Shown in pieces: positions 48,385-60,400 of a stretch of DNA of 64,000 nt (positions within the stretch are counted from its first letter, which is position 1; the number at the start of each line of letters is the position of its first letter). The DNA lies in contig JBHGNT010000020.1 in NCBI GenBank assembly GCA_043228905.1, forward strand, positions 9,176,001-9,240,000. The letters are read 5' to 3'. This stretch comes from Azolla caroliniana (Eukaryota > Plantae > Polypodiophyta). Under the pieces are notes generated by a model. It saw only the letters and a list, made by a program, of their open reading frames with translations. It made no database searches and had not been told where the DNA came from. A program made the translations under genes and the position numbers.

Positions 48385-49850
48385 TATGGACCCAGACAAA
48401 GTACAAGCCATCTTGAATGCCCCAGCCCCCACCACGGCCAAAGCACTCAGCCGATTTTTGGGCCAAATACGGTGGCATAGTCGTATGCTTTGATACCTTG
48501 CCCATTGAGCGACCCCTTTACACGCAATAGTCGATAAGGTGCCCTTTTGATGGACAGAACGAGAGGACATGGCATACCAATCACTGAAAGTCATGTTGTC
48601 CCAAGCCCCAGTAGTCCAACCCAGGATTGGACAGAGCCCTTTCACGTATTCGTGGATGCATCTGACATCGCAATCGGTAGTGCTTTAATGCAGAAAACTC
48701 CACCAAATTGGTATCGCCTAGTCTACTACGGCAGCCGCCAACTCTCGATAGCAGAAAGGAATTACTCCACCATAGACCGAGAAGCACTCGGCATGATATA
48801 TAGCATTACGAAGTTTTGGCACTATCTGCTCGGCCGAAAATTTACGTTCCACGTAGATCATTCGGCACTACTTTACCTCATAAATAAGCAAGCTATGACT
48901 AGTTGGTTAGCACGATGGGTGTTGCTCCTTCAAGAGTTCGATTTGGAGATTCAACATCGACCAGGCGTTCAACACGCGAATGCCGACTATCTTAGCCGCT
49001 TGGAAACGAGAGAACCACCGAACCATGACCACAATGACTTACCGAACACCGCCCTATTCTCCATCGACACAACACCCATCGACTCTGATCCTAACAACAC
49101 TTGGATCACCGAAATGACACAATTCCTGAGTACGGGGCTTCCCCCGGACCACCTCACAATTGACGCTAGGAAATGGTTAGCAATCCGAAGCCGAAATTTC
49201 TGTCTATTCACGAATATGTTGTATCACAAAGCCTCGGATGGCATTTGGAGGCGCGCAGTTCGACAATTCGAGAAAGACGTTGTACTTCAGGAAGCTCACC
49301 ATGGAATCGCGAGCGGGCATTATGCATGCACCGCCACAGCCTGAAAAATCTGGCAGAGTGGGCTCTGGTGGCCGACCACGAAAAAGGATGCTCACGATTT
49401 TTGTAAACAATGTGATCTCTTTCAACGGATGGGACAACCAAATGAGCGCGACCGCATGCCTCACCAGCCGATCCTTCCCTTGGAACTATTCCAAAAATGG
49501 GGCTCAGATTTCGTAGGCCCTTTTAAACCCCCCGCCACACGCACTAGAAACAAATATATACTAGTAGCAACCGATTACTGTACGAAATGGGTCAAAGCAT
49601 AAGCGCTTTGAGATAACACGGCAGCATCAACCACAAAATTTATTTACGAAAACTCGGCAATTGAGCAGCCGGTCCTGGTTTTCCAAACAAAACTCGGCAA
49701 GCTTCGATTCCAGTGGACAACGCCTTTCTGGATCATCGACACGTACAACAACACCTTTCAACTCAGCACACTGGCCGACAAAGCGTTGCCGCATTGGGTC
49801 AACGGGTTTCACTTGAAATTGTACCATGGAAAGACACCACCTAACCCCTT
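48385..49850 (+). pseudogene. pol: Gypsy G RT end, RNase H and integrase
   Basis: MDPDKVQAI, RFLGQIRWHSRM, VDASDIAIG, VDHSAL, HHCC, DFVGPF, VNGFHLKLY; internal deletion at ~49650. Confidence 0.88.
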
Positions 49851-50308
49851 TACCAACCAACGACACGATTTCAACCAAACGATGGTAGGTGGAACAGAAG
49901 ATTATGAGGGCATCACGCCTCGATTACGGTAACAACCCTACCTACCGTCCATGTGTACAGTATTATTTTGAAAAGAAAAAGAAAAAGAGAGAGACCCAGT
50001 CACTATTTAAAGACTAGGTATGATGTTCAAGAAAAGCAAGTACAAACGGTTCACACGACGCGTGGCCCTTAACACTCAACATGGCAGGCAAGATTCTGAA
50101 TCTAGGGCACAAGAGCACGTCTCGAGAACCGAGGTACCCACACAAAAACATCACCAACAGCTAGAGCCACCACACTTGCAAGAACTCTCAAGCTTTCGCT
50201 CCTTCTACGTAGAACTGCTCCCACTCGCCTACTCTCTCTAACCAAGCTTTCTCTCGTTTTCCATCTCCACAGCCTTCTCCCTATCTACCTGACTCTCCAG
50301 CCCTCACC

Positions 50309-50934
50309 ATGCCGCTCGAAGTATCTAAAGAACTCTGCACTTGGATGTCCAAACACGGCCTCTCAGGATATCTCAACGCCTACGATGCACCTCCCCACCC
50401 AGAAGCTCAGGCCATCGCCAAAAGCATCCACCCTGATACCATCTCCAACAACAAGATCCGAGCAACACTTCATCTGCAAAGGGGGGGTGAGCACGATATC
50501 AACGCGCTGCCTCAACACATCTTGGAACAACATTTCGGAGAGTATTCACTCTCGGGAAAAGCTCATCGCACGCATGGAGATCCCAATGAGTTCTTTGGGA
50601 GCCTAGCCCATCTCCTCCTCGGCTACACCTGCATCCACGCAAATCCCTATCACATGACGAAGAAAAAAGCAGGATTGATTATTACGGCCTACTGCAGCGG
50701 AGCAATCGATTGGGGGATCATCACCAGTGAAGGTGTCCGAGCGGCCATCACTTCTTTTCAATCGGGGAAACGAGTTTTACCCGTACTAGCACAATACACT
50801 ATCGTGTTGTACCCACCCCAAGCACAACCGCCACAACAGACATTGGCGCTCCTTGCTCCACCCCCGAGGGCTAAACGACAATGAACGTTGCAGTTGTCGC
50901 ATCAAGAGTGGCAAGATGACGATACCCAAGCCCT
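50309..50934 (+). pseudogene. Gypsy G third (env-position) ORF, N-terminal part
   Basis: 191-aa ORF downstream of integrase, preceded by TATTTAAA (~50003) and a CT-rich leader; homologous to J1 ORF3; cut by LTR F at 50935. Confidence 0.75.
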
Positions 50935-51497
50935 TGTGTAGGATCTATGTATCGATGGAGTAAGCTCCTGGATGTCGTTGCGGGATTTAGACTGGCGTAT
51001 ACCCTTTTGATGGCGAATCGGGCGGAGATGGTTGTTGGCCACCTCCGAGCCTCACACTCACTTAACAACTAATAGATGATTAAACACAATATCTCTCTCA
51101 CTCTCTCAAGCTCGCTCTCATAGACAATGGGGTAATGAATGTAGACAACAAGAGTAATGAATATGTTTATTAACCCTCTTTGCTAAGAGGGCTAGCACCA
51201 ACAAGGAAGAGAGATTAGTGTTCTCTAACTAAACACTTCACTAATCTCTCTTAAGCTTAAAGGTTACAAGGAGGAGGAGAGGAAGCTCTAGCTCTTAATC
51301 ACTTAGGAGATCTTTACAAATGGGAGAACCCCCACAAAGCCACTACTATGTGGTTTATATAGCTTTCACATTTAGGGTATGGGCCTTTCACACTTGGACG
51401 TCTCTTTGCTTCTTTTCCTCTTGTCGTTTCCTCTTCGTACTACGTCCTTGTTGATGCGCTCTTATTCGTGACTGGCTGTGTTGTTATCCTAGCACTA
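50935..51497. repeat. second LTR F copy, inverted relative to 5208-17149
   Basis: Reverse complement of 16705-17149 plus 5212-5327; the last few bases are replaced by another LTR fragment. Confidence 0.85.
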
Positions 51498-51565
51498 GTT
51501 AGGAAACAGGTCCCTCCGGATGGGAAGTGAGAAGAACAGTACTGATGAGCAAACTCGGCCGAGTA
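51498..51565 (+). repeat. short fragment resembling the 5' end of the Copia C LTR
   Basis: GTTAGGAAACAGGTCCCTCCGGATGGGAAGTGAGAAGAACAGT matches the reverse complement of 26372-26414. Confidence 0.7.
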
Positions 51566-51599
51566 AGACCTTTATTCAAATGAAAGGTGAGGGCCCACG

Positions 51600-54500
51600 C
51601 TGGGTGGTTGTGTCGTTGGAAGGGGGGGGCTTCATACGGGCCAGAGTCAAGGAGGATGAGTAGTAGTTGCAAAAAGCGAAGGCTGGCTTGAATGTCGGGG
51701 TCCGAAATGGGTTGTCACCGAACATGGGGTGTGTGTGGTCGGGGACGTGGTGTTCGCTAAGGTGGGGGTTTGGAGGGGAGTGGCGAGGGGGGGAGGGAGG
51801 AGGCGGGCTTGAAGGTGGGGGAGGTGGTGGGGGGCTTGGAGGCGGGGAGGTGAGGGTGAGGAGGCGGCTGGGTGTCGGGCTCATCAGGTGAGTCATGGTC
51901 CCACTCTAGGTTGATCTCTGGGGGGGAGGGGGGTGCGGGGGTAGGAGGGCACAAGCACGAGCCTCATCGAACGTCATGAGTTGATAATCATGAGAGACGT
52001 TGAGGTATAGGGCTAACTCTGGTATCTCGTCAGCCTCGAGGTCAGTGGGCCAGTTGAATGCGGCATATTCGATGTTGAATATGTGAGTATGAACCCCGAC
52101 GTCCGAGGAGGTTTGTCAAGCGCGTATTAGCCAGAGGAAACCGAAAGGGGGCACATAGGTCGTAGCATTCTCCAATAGGGTGCGGGTGAGAGTGTCGGCA
52201 ATGTGGTGTAAGCGCACCAACGTTGCGAAGAGGTGTGCTAGCTAGTCTTCGGTGACTTGCATCGCGACATCAGAAGGGTAGGTGAAATAGATCAGGTCGG
52301 ATATTTCTAAGTCGGGGGTGAGGGAGGTGTGAAGGTAGGTCATGCCTTCGAGAAACAAAATAGGAAGATGTTGGGGAAAGATGTTGTCGGCTGGGAGGGA
52401 AGGTTCTTCAGTGGCTTCCTGGTACAACATGAAGAGGGCGAGGGCGTGGTTGTCTTCAGGGAGCACTCAGATGAAGGTCTGTCGGTCTAGGGGTGTGGCG
52501 TTGTCAAAGAATACGCGACGTGTAGCGGCCAACAACCGAAGGACGTACGTGGCTTGGGTGAGAAGGTTACGCGGTGTACGTGGGTGGTGTCCGTCGTGCC
52601 AGGGCTGAGGGCGTGTTTGAGGGCGGCTTTGGATGTGCGGAGTTGAAAGATGTCCTTTTCGAAGTCGGCGCACTAGCGGCGGTGTTTGATGAGGAGACAT
52701 CGGTTCTATTCATTGGCAACCTCGACTTGGTGGACCATGGCGTCATGTTCAGCCTTGAGGGTTGTGATCTCGCTCGTGAGTTGGTGAGTTGTGGCAATGG
52801 CAGTGGCTAGAGCCTCAGAGCGTTCAGAGAGGTCAGCCTTCACGGCTACGAGGCGGGACTCAGTCTGTTGGTGTTGGGTGGTGAGGCGGACGTACTCGGC
52901 CGAGAGTTCAGCGTGTGTTTGTGTTGCACGTTCCTGGTCATGGTGCCAAGTTGTCCGAGCTTGTTGGAACTCATCAGCGAGTTGTTGGTGTCGGGTTTGT
53001 GTCGTCAGTAGTTCTTGCTTGAGGAGGTCGTGGGCAGCCACTTGGCACGCGTTGGTATGGAGGGTGCTCCGCACCTCGGTGGCCAAGATCTCATTCCATG
53101 TAGAGGTTTCGTGATGGTCGGTGGCGGTCTGTTGGGCCTATGCATGAACTTGAAGTAGGCGACAGTTCACGACAGAAGTCATTTTGAGGAGATCGGCCAC
53201 CATGTTGGCTAAGGGTTTGGGGGGGTCGGCGAGGGACGAGGTATGGTGGGCAGTGACGGCAGTGATCGGGGTAGACCAGGGAACGGAGGCCGGGTGGGGT
53301 GGTGGTGGGGTTGTCATCTAGGCGAGCGCGATGGTGGGTTGAAGGGGGACGGCCGGGTTTGTGGGCGATGGCCGATTGGGGGTTTCGATGTCGGGAGTGT
53401 TGTGGCGGGCGAGTTTACAGGGTCGAGGTTGCGGGGTGTCGTCGGTGGTCGTGGGAGGGGAGGGTTGGGCAGTTGCGACAGGGGTGGGGGGTGAGGGTTC
53501 TCAAGGTAGAGGGGTTGGCGAGGTGGGGCTAGGTGGGGCTACCGAGTTCCGTTGGTCACGAAAGATTGATTCGGTTGTGCAACTCCGGGTACGCGGGGTC
53601 GTCGTTGTGGTCTAATGTGACACATAATGGAAGGTAGTGGACAAGGCCTGGATTTCGATGGGAGTGAATACGCGTGTTTGGAATTCCTTGACATGATTTG
53701 TGATATCCTCAGGGGTGTCGAGGATAGCTTCGGCCGACACGTGGGTGATTGGGGGTTGTTTGTACGCCAGTGGCCAATCCTGTTCGCCTTGGTGTACCTG
53801 TCTTAAGAAGTCGCGTTCGGGGAGGCGAAGGTGCTCAGGTTGGCCGGTACGGTTATCTTGCGGAGTCGTTCCCGGCAGCATATGAAGGGAGGGGCAGGGG
53901 GTCCGATGCTGAACTTTGCGCACATGTATCAAGTGAGGAACCACACGAAATTTACTGCCAATTTGGGCCGTGTGTGCCATTCTCGGACCTAGAGAACAAG
54001 CTCATGAGCCCACTGAACCAATTGAGAAGCATGTGCCCACTTGAGGAACTCGCTGGTGATGCAGGTGGTGGCATTGGTAGATGCGGTGTCACCGATCTGG
54101 GCAATTGCGCTAAAGCAGTCGTGGAGGTGGAGAGGGATTTCGGTGTAACGCCAACCTTCACATCCAGAATATTTGGCGTAGGCGGCAGGGATGATGCCGG
54201 GGACGACCCCAGGGGTCCTCGTGGTGCAGAAGGGGGTGCCATCGAGTGGTAAATGCAGCGTCGTAAACGTCGACGAAGGGGGAATCCGCGAAAGCGTGCA
54301 TATCGACGTGGCCCATGTTGGGGTTGTACCCGGTGAGGAAGCAGTTGACCAGCTCGGGTAGGACACCCCACGGGCCAATCCTGGGGAAGAACTTGAGGCC
54401 AAGTCGTAAAAGGGTGTCGAACACGTCGGGTTTGAGGTACTTGAGCTGCGTGGCGGCCGTGGGGACCCAGGAAGTACATCGGGTGTTGTTGAACAATGCC

Positions 54501-55244
54501 GGAATGACTAAGGAACCGCAACCTACGTCGGGATAGTATGCGTGGAGGAGTTTGATGAATTGAGGAGACGTCATCGTTTCCAACCTGCGGGGAAAAGATT
54601 AGTATAGTTAACTCCGGTGACGAATCCCTATTGGTGGGGTGGAGGAATTGGGGTGTGGAAGGATAGCGGGTAGGATATCGCTTGAGGAGTTAGGCTTCTC
54701 AAACAAAGGTTAGGTTGTTCGAGGAGTTAGACTCCGTGAACAAAGGTAGGGGTTCGAGGAGTTAGACTCCTTGAACAAAGGTTAGGTTGTTCGAGGAGTC
54801 TAACTCCTCGAACAAAGGGTAGGTTGTTCGAGGAGTGGGACTCCTCGAACAAGGGGTAGGTTGTTCGAGGAGTGAGACTCCTCGAACAAAGGTTAGGTTG
54901 TTCGATGAATTAGACTCCTCGAACATGTGTGGTTCAATGAGTTAAGCTCCTAGAACAACGTGTGAACGCGAAACGACGAGGCGGAGTGGCCCGTTAACGG
55001 CCAACGTCGTGATGATGAGTGGAAACGACGGGGCCTCCATCATGGATGCCTCGGGGGAGGGGGGGGGGGGGGGGGGACGAACAAATGACGAGGCCGTGTG
55101 GCCCGTGAATGGCCAACGACATGAGGGGAGGCAGCGACGTGGCCGCGGCCATGGCCGCCACAGAGGGGCGAAGTGCAGGCGTGAAAGACGCATGGAGAAA
55201 CGAGAGGGCAGAGAGAAGGCCTACCCGAGGGCTATGTAATCCAT
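51600..55244 (-). pseudogene. probably spliced ~1000-codon accessory gene of unknown function (exon 1 55244-55225, intron 55224-54585, exon 2 from 54584)
   Basis: ATG GAT TAC ATA GCC CTC GG|GTAGGC ... CTAATCTTTTCCCCGCAG|G TTG GAA ACG ATG joins in frame. Downstream ORFs 54158-54583, 53989-54402, 52706-53086 (coiled coil) and 52242-52466 plus Pro-rich tracts follow, with stops and frameshifts. Confidence 0.6.
54682..54958. repeat. tandem array of 8 palindromic units, period ~37 bp
   Basis: TTGTTCGAGGAGT-NNN-ACTCCTCGAACAA plus an AGGTTAGG-like linker; perfect units at 54787, 54824 and 54861. Confidence 0.92.
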
Positions 55245-55644
55245 GCGGGGGTGGAGGAAGGAAAGGAGGTGAGGGGGGAGAAAGAAGAACGCGACAGAAA
55301 ACGAAGAGGGTCGTAAGAGGGAGGGAGAAAACAAGAAAGAAGAAACAAAGAACAGCGAACAAAAGAGAGAGAGGGGGGAGGCGGGGGGGGGAAGAAAAAA
55401 GAAAGAAAGAAGGAAGAAAAAGAAAAAAAAAAAACAGGAACGCACCAAGGCAACGAGGGGACAACCAAGGGAAACGCGAGGCCGCAAGAAAACGACGCGA
55501 GGCGGTGAGAGAGGAAAACAATCGAAGGAAAAGAATAGAATGCCGACGATAGTTAAAACAATCGAGCCGACCCCTAAAAAAGCACGGGTAAAACGAATGG
55601 TTGCACACCCGAGGTGGCGTAGTACGGGCTACATCCAAAATAAC

Positions 55645-56340
55645 TTGGCCTTGAGGGGGTGAATGTGGGGGACGTGTCGCTAGGTTATCGTCCGAGGCAG
55701 GCGGTGGGGTTGAATGGGGGTCCACAGGGAGTGTGGAGGGGATTGGGGAATTTAAGAGCTTTTAGGAAGCCTTGAGGGGGTGAATGTGGGGGGAGTGTCG
55801 CTCGGTTATCGTCCGGGGCTCCAGGCCCGTGACGTTTAAGGACCCAAACCTGCGACATGTTTGTCAAAGGGATGGGGATGGTTTGTGAAACCCTTCTATG
55901 GGGTGTTCTATGACCTTAACCTCTTACTTGTTTAGGCTTGTTTAGGATATTTGCCTGATGTGTGCGATTTTCGGGTGTCCCATGCGGGCGTGGTATGATC
56001 GTGATTGGGGAGCCGACTTCATTTCGAGACCCTAAAGCTAGTGGCGCCTTTGTGCCAACCTTGTGCAGTTGTAAGTGTTTTTCTGACTCGCCAAACGATA
56101 GGCTCTCCACAGCGCGGTCCTTCACCAAAAACCACGTGGACGTTCACCCATTCACGTGGTTTGGGTGTCTATGTTTTGATGTTAGTGTCACACTGGACAT
56201 GGATGGCCGGTGGGTGTTGGCATTCTGTTTGGTTGGGTAACTCTGCGCCTTGGGGTTCATCGAGGTCCCATGCAAGCATGGTCCGATCGTGAGTGGGGAG
56301 CCGGCTTCGTTTTGGGACCCAGAAGCTAGTGGCGCCTTTG
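55645..56340. repeat. two sets of dispersed direct repeats upstream of the accessory gene
   Basis: GCCTTGAGGGGGTGAATGTGGGGG...GGTTATCGTCCG at ~55647 and ~55769; GATCGTGA.TGGGGAGCCG...AAGCTAGTGGCGCCTTTG at ~55997 and ~56285. Confidence 0.75.
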
Positions 56341-57442
56341 TGTTGGAAGCAATGTCGTCAGTGCGGAAGATCTTGAAGCACTCGATTCCTGTTTATTCCC
56401 TGTGTATGACAGAATGTAGGTCGTTGCACAGAGAGAGAGAGAGAGAGAGAGAGACACAAAAGACTCTTTATTTCACAAAGCAATAATACAACAACCAACC
56501 TCACAAAGAGGTTACAAGGTCACTATATATAGTGACCGACTTAGGGCAACTACCCTTTATGCTAATTACATAAATGGTCTAAAACGGGATGGTGTGAATA
56601 CGTCCATTATACACATGTATTCGACACTCCCCCGTAATGGGCGTATACATGGGTTATCTAAGATTACAGGTATAGACTTAGGTTCTCGGACATATCAGCT
56701 TTGTTCGAGTCGGCAGGATCCGAAGACAGAAGACCGAACTGGTCGGGTCGGAACAGTTGAAGCCGATCATTAAGGAGCTGATGTCGGTTGTCGGGAACCA
56801 TCCTGCTCTGTGTCCGGCTCTAACCGGACTGGTTTGTCGTTACGCCCATCTGATGCCGAAGAGACCGAAAACGGTCTGCCGAGAGACATTTGGTCATTCC
56901 ATCTGCGACATTATCGGTTGTGGATATTTTCTCTAGACCGATTTTCCCTGAAATGACGCAGTCCCGAACGAAGTGATATCGAACGTCGATATGTTTGGAG
57001 GCGTTGTGGTGAACCGGATTTTTCGACAAGGCAACAGCACCTTGACTGTCGCTGTAGACAACTGGAGCCGAGTCATGTTCGACTTGTCGAAACGTGTGCG
57101 CCAGCCGACCGAGCCACAAAGCTTCTTTTGCTGCGTCGGACGCAGCTACATATTCTGCTTCGGTCGTTGAGGTCGCTGTGCACTCCTGAAGTTTCGACTT
57201 CCACGAGATTGCTCCATTGCCGAATTTGAAGCAGTATCCGGTTGTTGATTTCCGACTGTCTATACAGCCGGCGAAGTCCGAGTCGGTGTAACCGACTACG
57301 CCTGAGGTTCGGTTCGGTCCGAAAAGAATGCCATGGTCTTTTGTGCCAGCCAGATATCTGAACACATGCTTGATTGCGTTCCAATGCGATCGGCCAGGAT
57401 TGTGCATAAATCTGCTAACGACTCCTACGGCATGAGAGATGT

Positions 57443-60400
57443 TGTTGGAAGCAATGTCGTCAGTGCGGAAGATCTTGAAGCACTCGATTCCTGTTTATTC
57501 CCTGTGTATGACAGAATGTAGGTCGTTGCACAGAGAGAGAGAGAGAGAGAGAGAGACACAAAAGACTCTTTATTTCACAAAGCAATAATACAACAACCAA
57601 CCTCACAAAGAGGTTACAAGGTCACTATATATAGTGACCGACTTAGGGCAACTACCCTTTATGCTAATTACATAAATGGTCTAAAACGGGATGGTGTGAA
57701 TACGTCCATTATACACATGTATTCGACACTCCCCCGTAATGGGCGTATACATGGGTTATCTAAGATTACAGGTATAGACTTAGGTTCTCGGACATATCAG
57801 CTTTGTTCGAGTCGGCAGGATCCGAAGACAGAAGACCGAACTGGTCGGGTCGGAACAGTTGAAGCCGATCATTAAGGAGCTGATGTCGGTTGTCGGGAAC
57901 CATCCTGCTCTGTGTCCGGCTCTAACCGGACTGGTTTGTCGTTACGCCCATCTGATGCCGAAGAGACCGAAAACGGTCTGCCGAGAGACATTTGGTCATT
58001 CCATCTGCGACATTATCGGTTGTGGATATTTTCTCTAGACCGATTTTCCCTGAAATGACGCAGTCCCGAACGAAGTGATATCGAACGTCGATATGTTTGG
58101 AGGCGTTGTGGTGAACCGGATTTTTCGACAAGGCAACAGCACCTTGACTGTCGCTGTAGACAACTGGAGCCGAGTCATGTTCGACTTGTCGAAACGTGTG
58201 CGCCAGCCGACCGAGCCACAAAGCTTCTTTTGCTGCGTCGGACGCAGCTACATATTCTGCTTCGGTCGTTGAGGTCGCTGTGCACTCCTGAAGTTTCGAC
58301 TTCCACGAGATTGCTCCATTGCCGAATTTGAAGCAGTATCCGGTTGTTGATTTCCGACTGTCTATACAGCCGGCGAAGTCCGAGTCGGTGTAACCGACTA
58401 CGCCTGAGGTTCAGTTCGGTCCGAAAAGAATGCCATGGTCTTTTGTGCCAGCCAGATATCTGAACACATGCTTGATTGCGTTCCAATGCGATCGGCCAGG
58501 ATTGTGCATAAATCTGCTAACGACTCCTACGGCATGAGAGATGTCAGGCCGTGTCGCGACCATCAGGTACATAAGGGAGCCGACTGCCGGTGCATACGGT
58601 ACCGACTTCATATCTTCCCCCTCCGAACCGGATGTCGGGCAGTCTCGCTGAGAGAGCCGAAGATTCATAGGGAGTGGGGTTGAAGCAGATTTGGCTGATT
58701 GCATGTTGAAGCGTTCCAAGACACGTCCGATATAGTCGGTCTGAGACAAAAAAAGATGTCGTTTATCGCGATGCCGACTAATCTTCATGCCAAGGATGTG
58801 TCGTGCCGGACCGAGGTCCTTCATGGCAAACTTCAACCGCAGTTGCCGAACGAGATCGGCAAGTTCGCCCGCGTGGCGTCCAGAAATTAGCATGTCGTCC
58901 ACGTAAATGATGAGGAAGATGGGTGATCCATCTCGAGCTGTGTTGGTGAAGAGACAATGGTCCTCATCGCTTTTGGAGAAGCCGATTGATTGGATGAAGT
59001 CGTCGAACTTCTTGTACCATTGTCGCGGTGCCTGTTTGAGGCCGTATAGACTCTTCCTGAGTCGGCAGACTAGATGTTCTTGGCCAGTTGCCACGAAGCC
59101 TTTTGGCTGCTCCATATAAATTTCCTCCTCGAGATCACCATGGAGGAAGGCTGTTTTGACATCTAGCTGAATCAGCTCCAAGTTGTCAGCTGCCACGACG
59201 CCGAGCAGAAGACGAAGGGTTGTCATTTTCACCACTGGTGAAAAAATCTCGTCGAAGTCGACGCCATATTCTTGTCGGAAGCCCTTCGCAACTAATCTGG
59301 CCTTGTACTTTGGGGTGGTCGAATCAGACGTCTCTTTTAGTCGATAAACCCACTTGCAAGGAAGAGCACGTCGGTTCCTAGGTAATTCGACCAGATCCCA
59401 AGTCTTGTTTGCCCGGATGGAGTGCATTTCCGACTCCATCGCCAGATGCCAGGTGGCCGAATCGACAGATGTCGATGCTTCTTCGTAAGACGTCGGTTCG
59501 CCGGCGTCGGTGAAGAAAATTCCAGGAGAATACCTCTCCGGAGGTTGCGACAGTCTCTCGGATCGTCGAGGTATGATTGGACTGGTCGCATCGGGTATCG
59601 AGGTCGGATGGTCCGAAACCGAATCATTCGGCTGTGCCGAGTCAGAGTTGTCCGAGTCGGTAGTATAAGGTTCAGCTACCCGTGAAGCTGACCGTGTGTT
59701 GAGAGCGGGGCCTTCTTGAAGGGTCGGCACATCGGAGAATGTTACCCTTCGGACTTCGATCGGTTTTTCGACTGATGGATTCATAGCCGACTCGTTGAAC
59801 ACAACGTCCGAACTTCGAACGATTTGTCTGCGTTCGGGGTCCCAGAGTCGGTATCCCATTTCGCCGTCTGATCCATATCCAAGGAAAATGCATTTCCTGG
59901 ACCGAGGTGCAAGTTTTCGGCGATCATCTTTCGGAATGAGGGCGTACGCCTCGCATCCGAAGATCCTCAGCTTGTCGTAATTCGGCTTACTGCCGATCCA
60001 TAGTTCCTGAGGAATTTGAAGTCCTAGAGGTCTACTTGGCGACATATTGATTATGTGTACTGCCGTGAGTAGAGCCTCTGCCCAGAAGCCATCCGACAGT
60101 CCGGAGTGTTGGAGCATGGAAACTATCCTTTCTTGGATTGTCCGATTCATTCGTTCGGCAATCCCGTTTTGCTCCGGACTGTGTGGTGCCGTAAATTCAC
60201 GTCGGATGCCGCGTTGTCGGCAGAATTTGACGAATTCATCGGATTTGAACTCTCCCCCATTGTCTGTCCGAAGGCATTTCAGCTTTCGGTCGGTTTGATT
60301 TTCTACCATAGCGAGCCAATCGGTGAAGATCGAGAAGACACGATCTTTGGTGCGAATTGGATAAGCCCACACCTTTCGAGTCGAATCGTCAATAAAACTG

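Noticed and set aside
51760-51950. G-quadruplex-like G runs (also 16378-16398, 55054-55077)
   Set aside because: Explained by poly-proline codons on the minus strand or by homopolymer slippage; no independent evidence of function.
54682-54958. CRISPR-like array of palindromic repeats
   Set aside because: The linkers are only ~8 bp and near-identical rather than unique spacers, there are no cas genes, and the context is eukaryotic.
54994-55725. Phe/Leu-rich membrane-like ORF and the opposite Lys/Arg-rich ORF
   Set aside because: Translation of a low-complexity CT/GA tract, better explained as the leader of the spliced gene.
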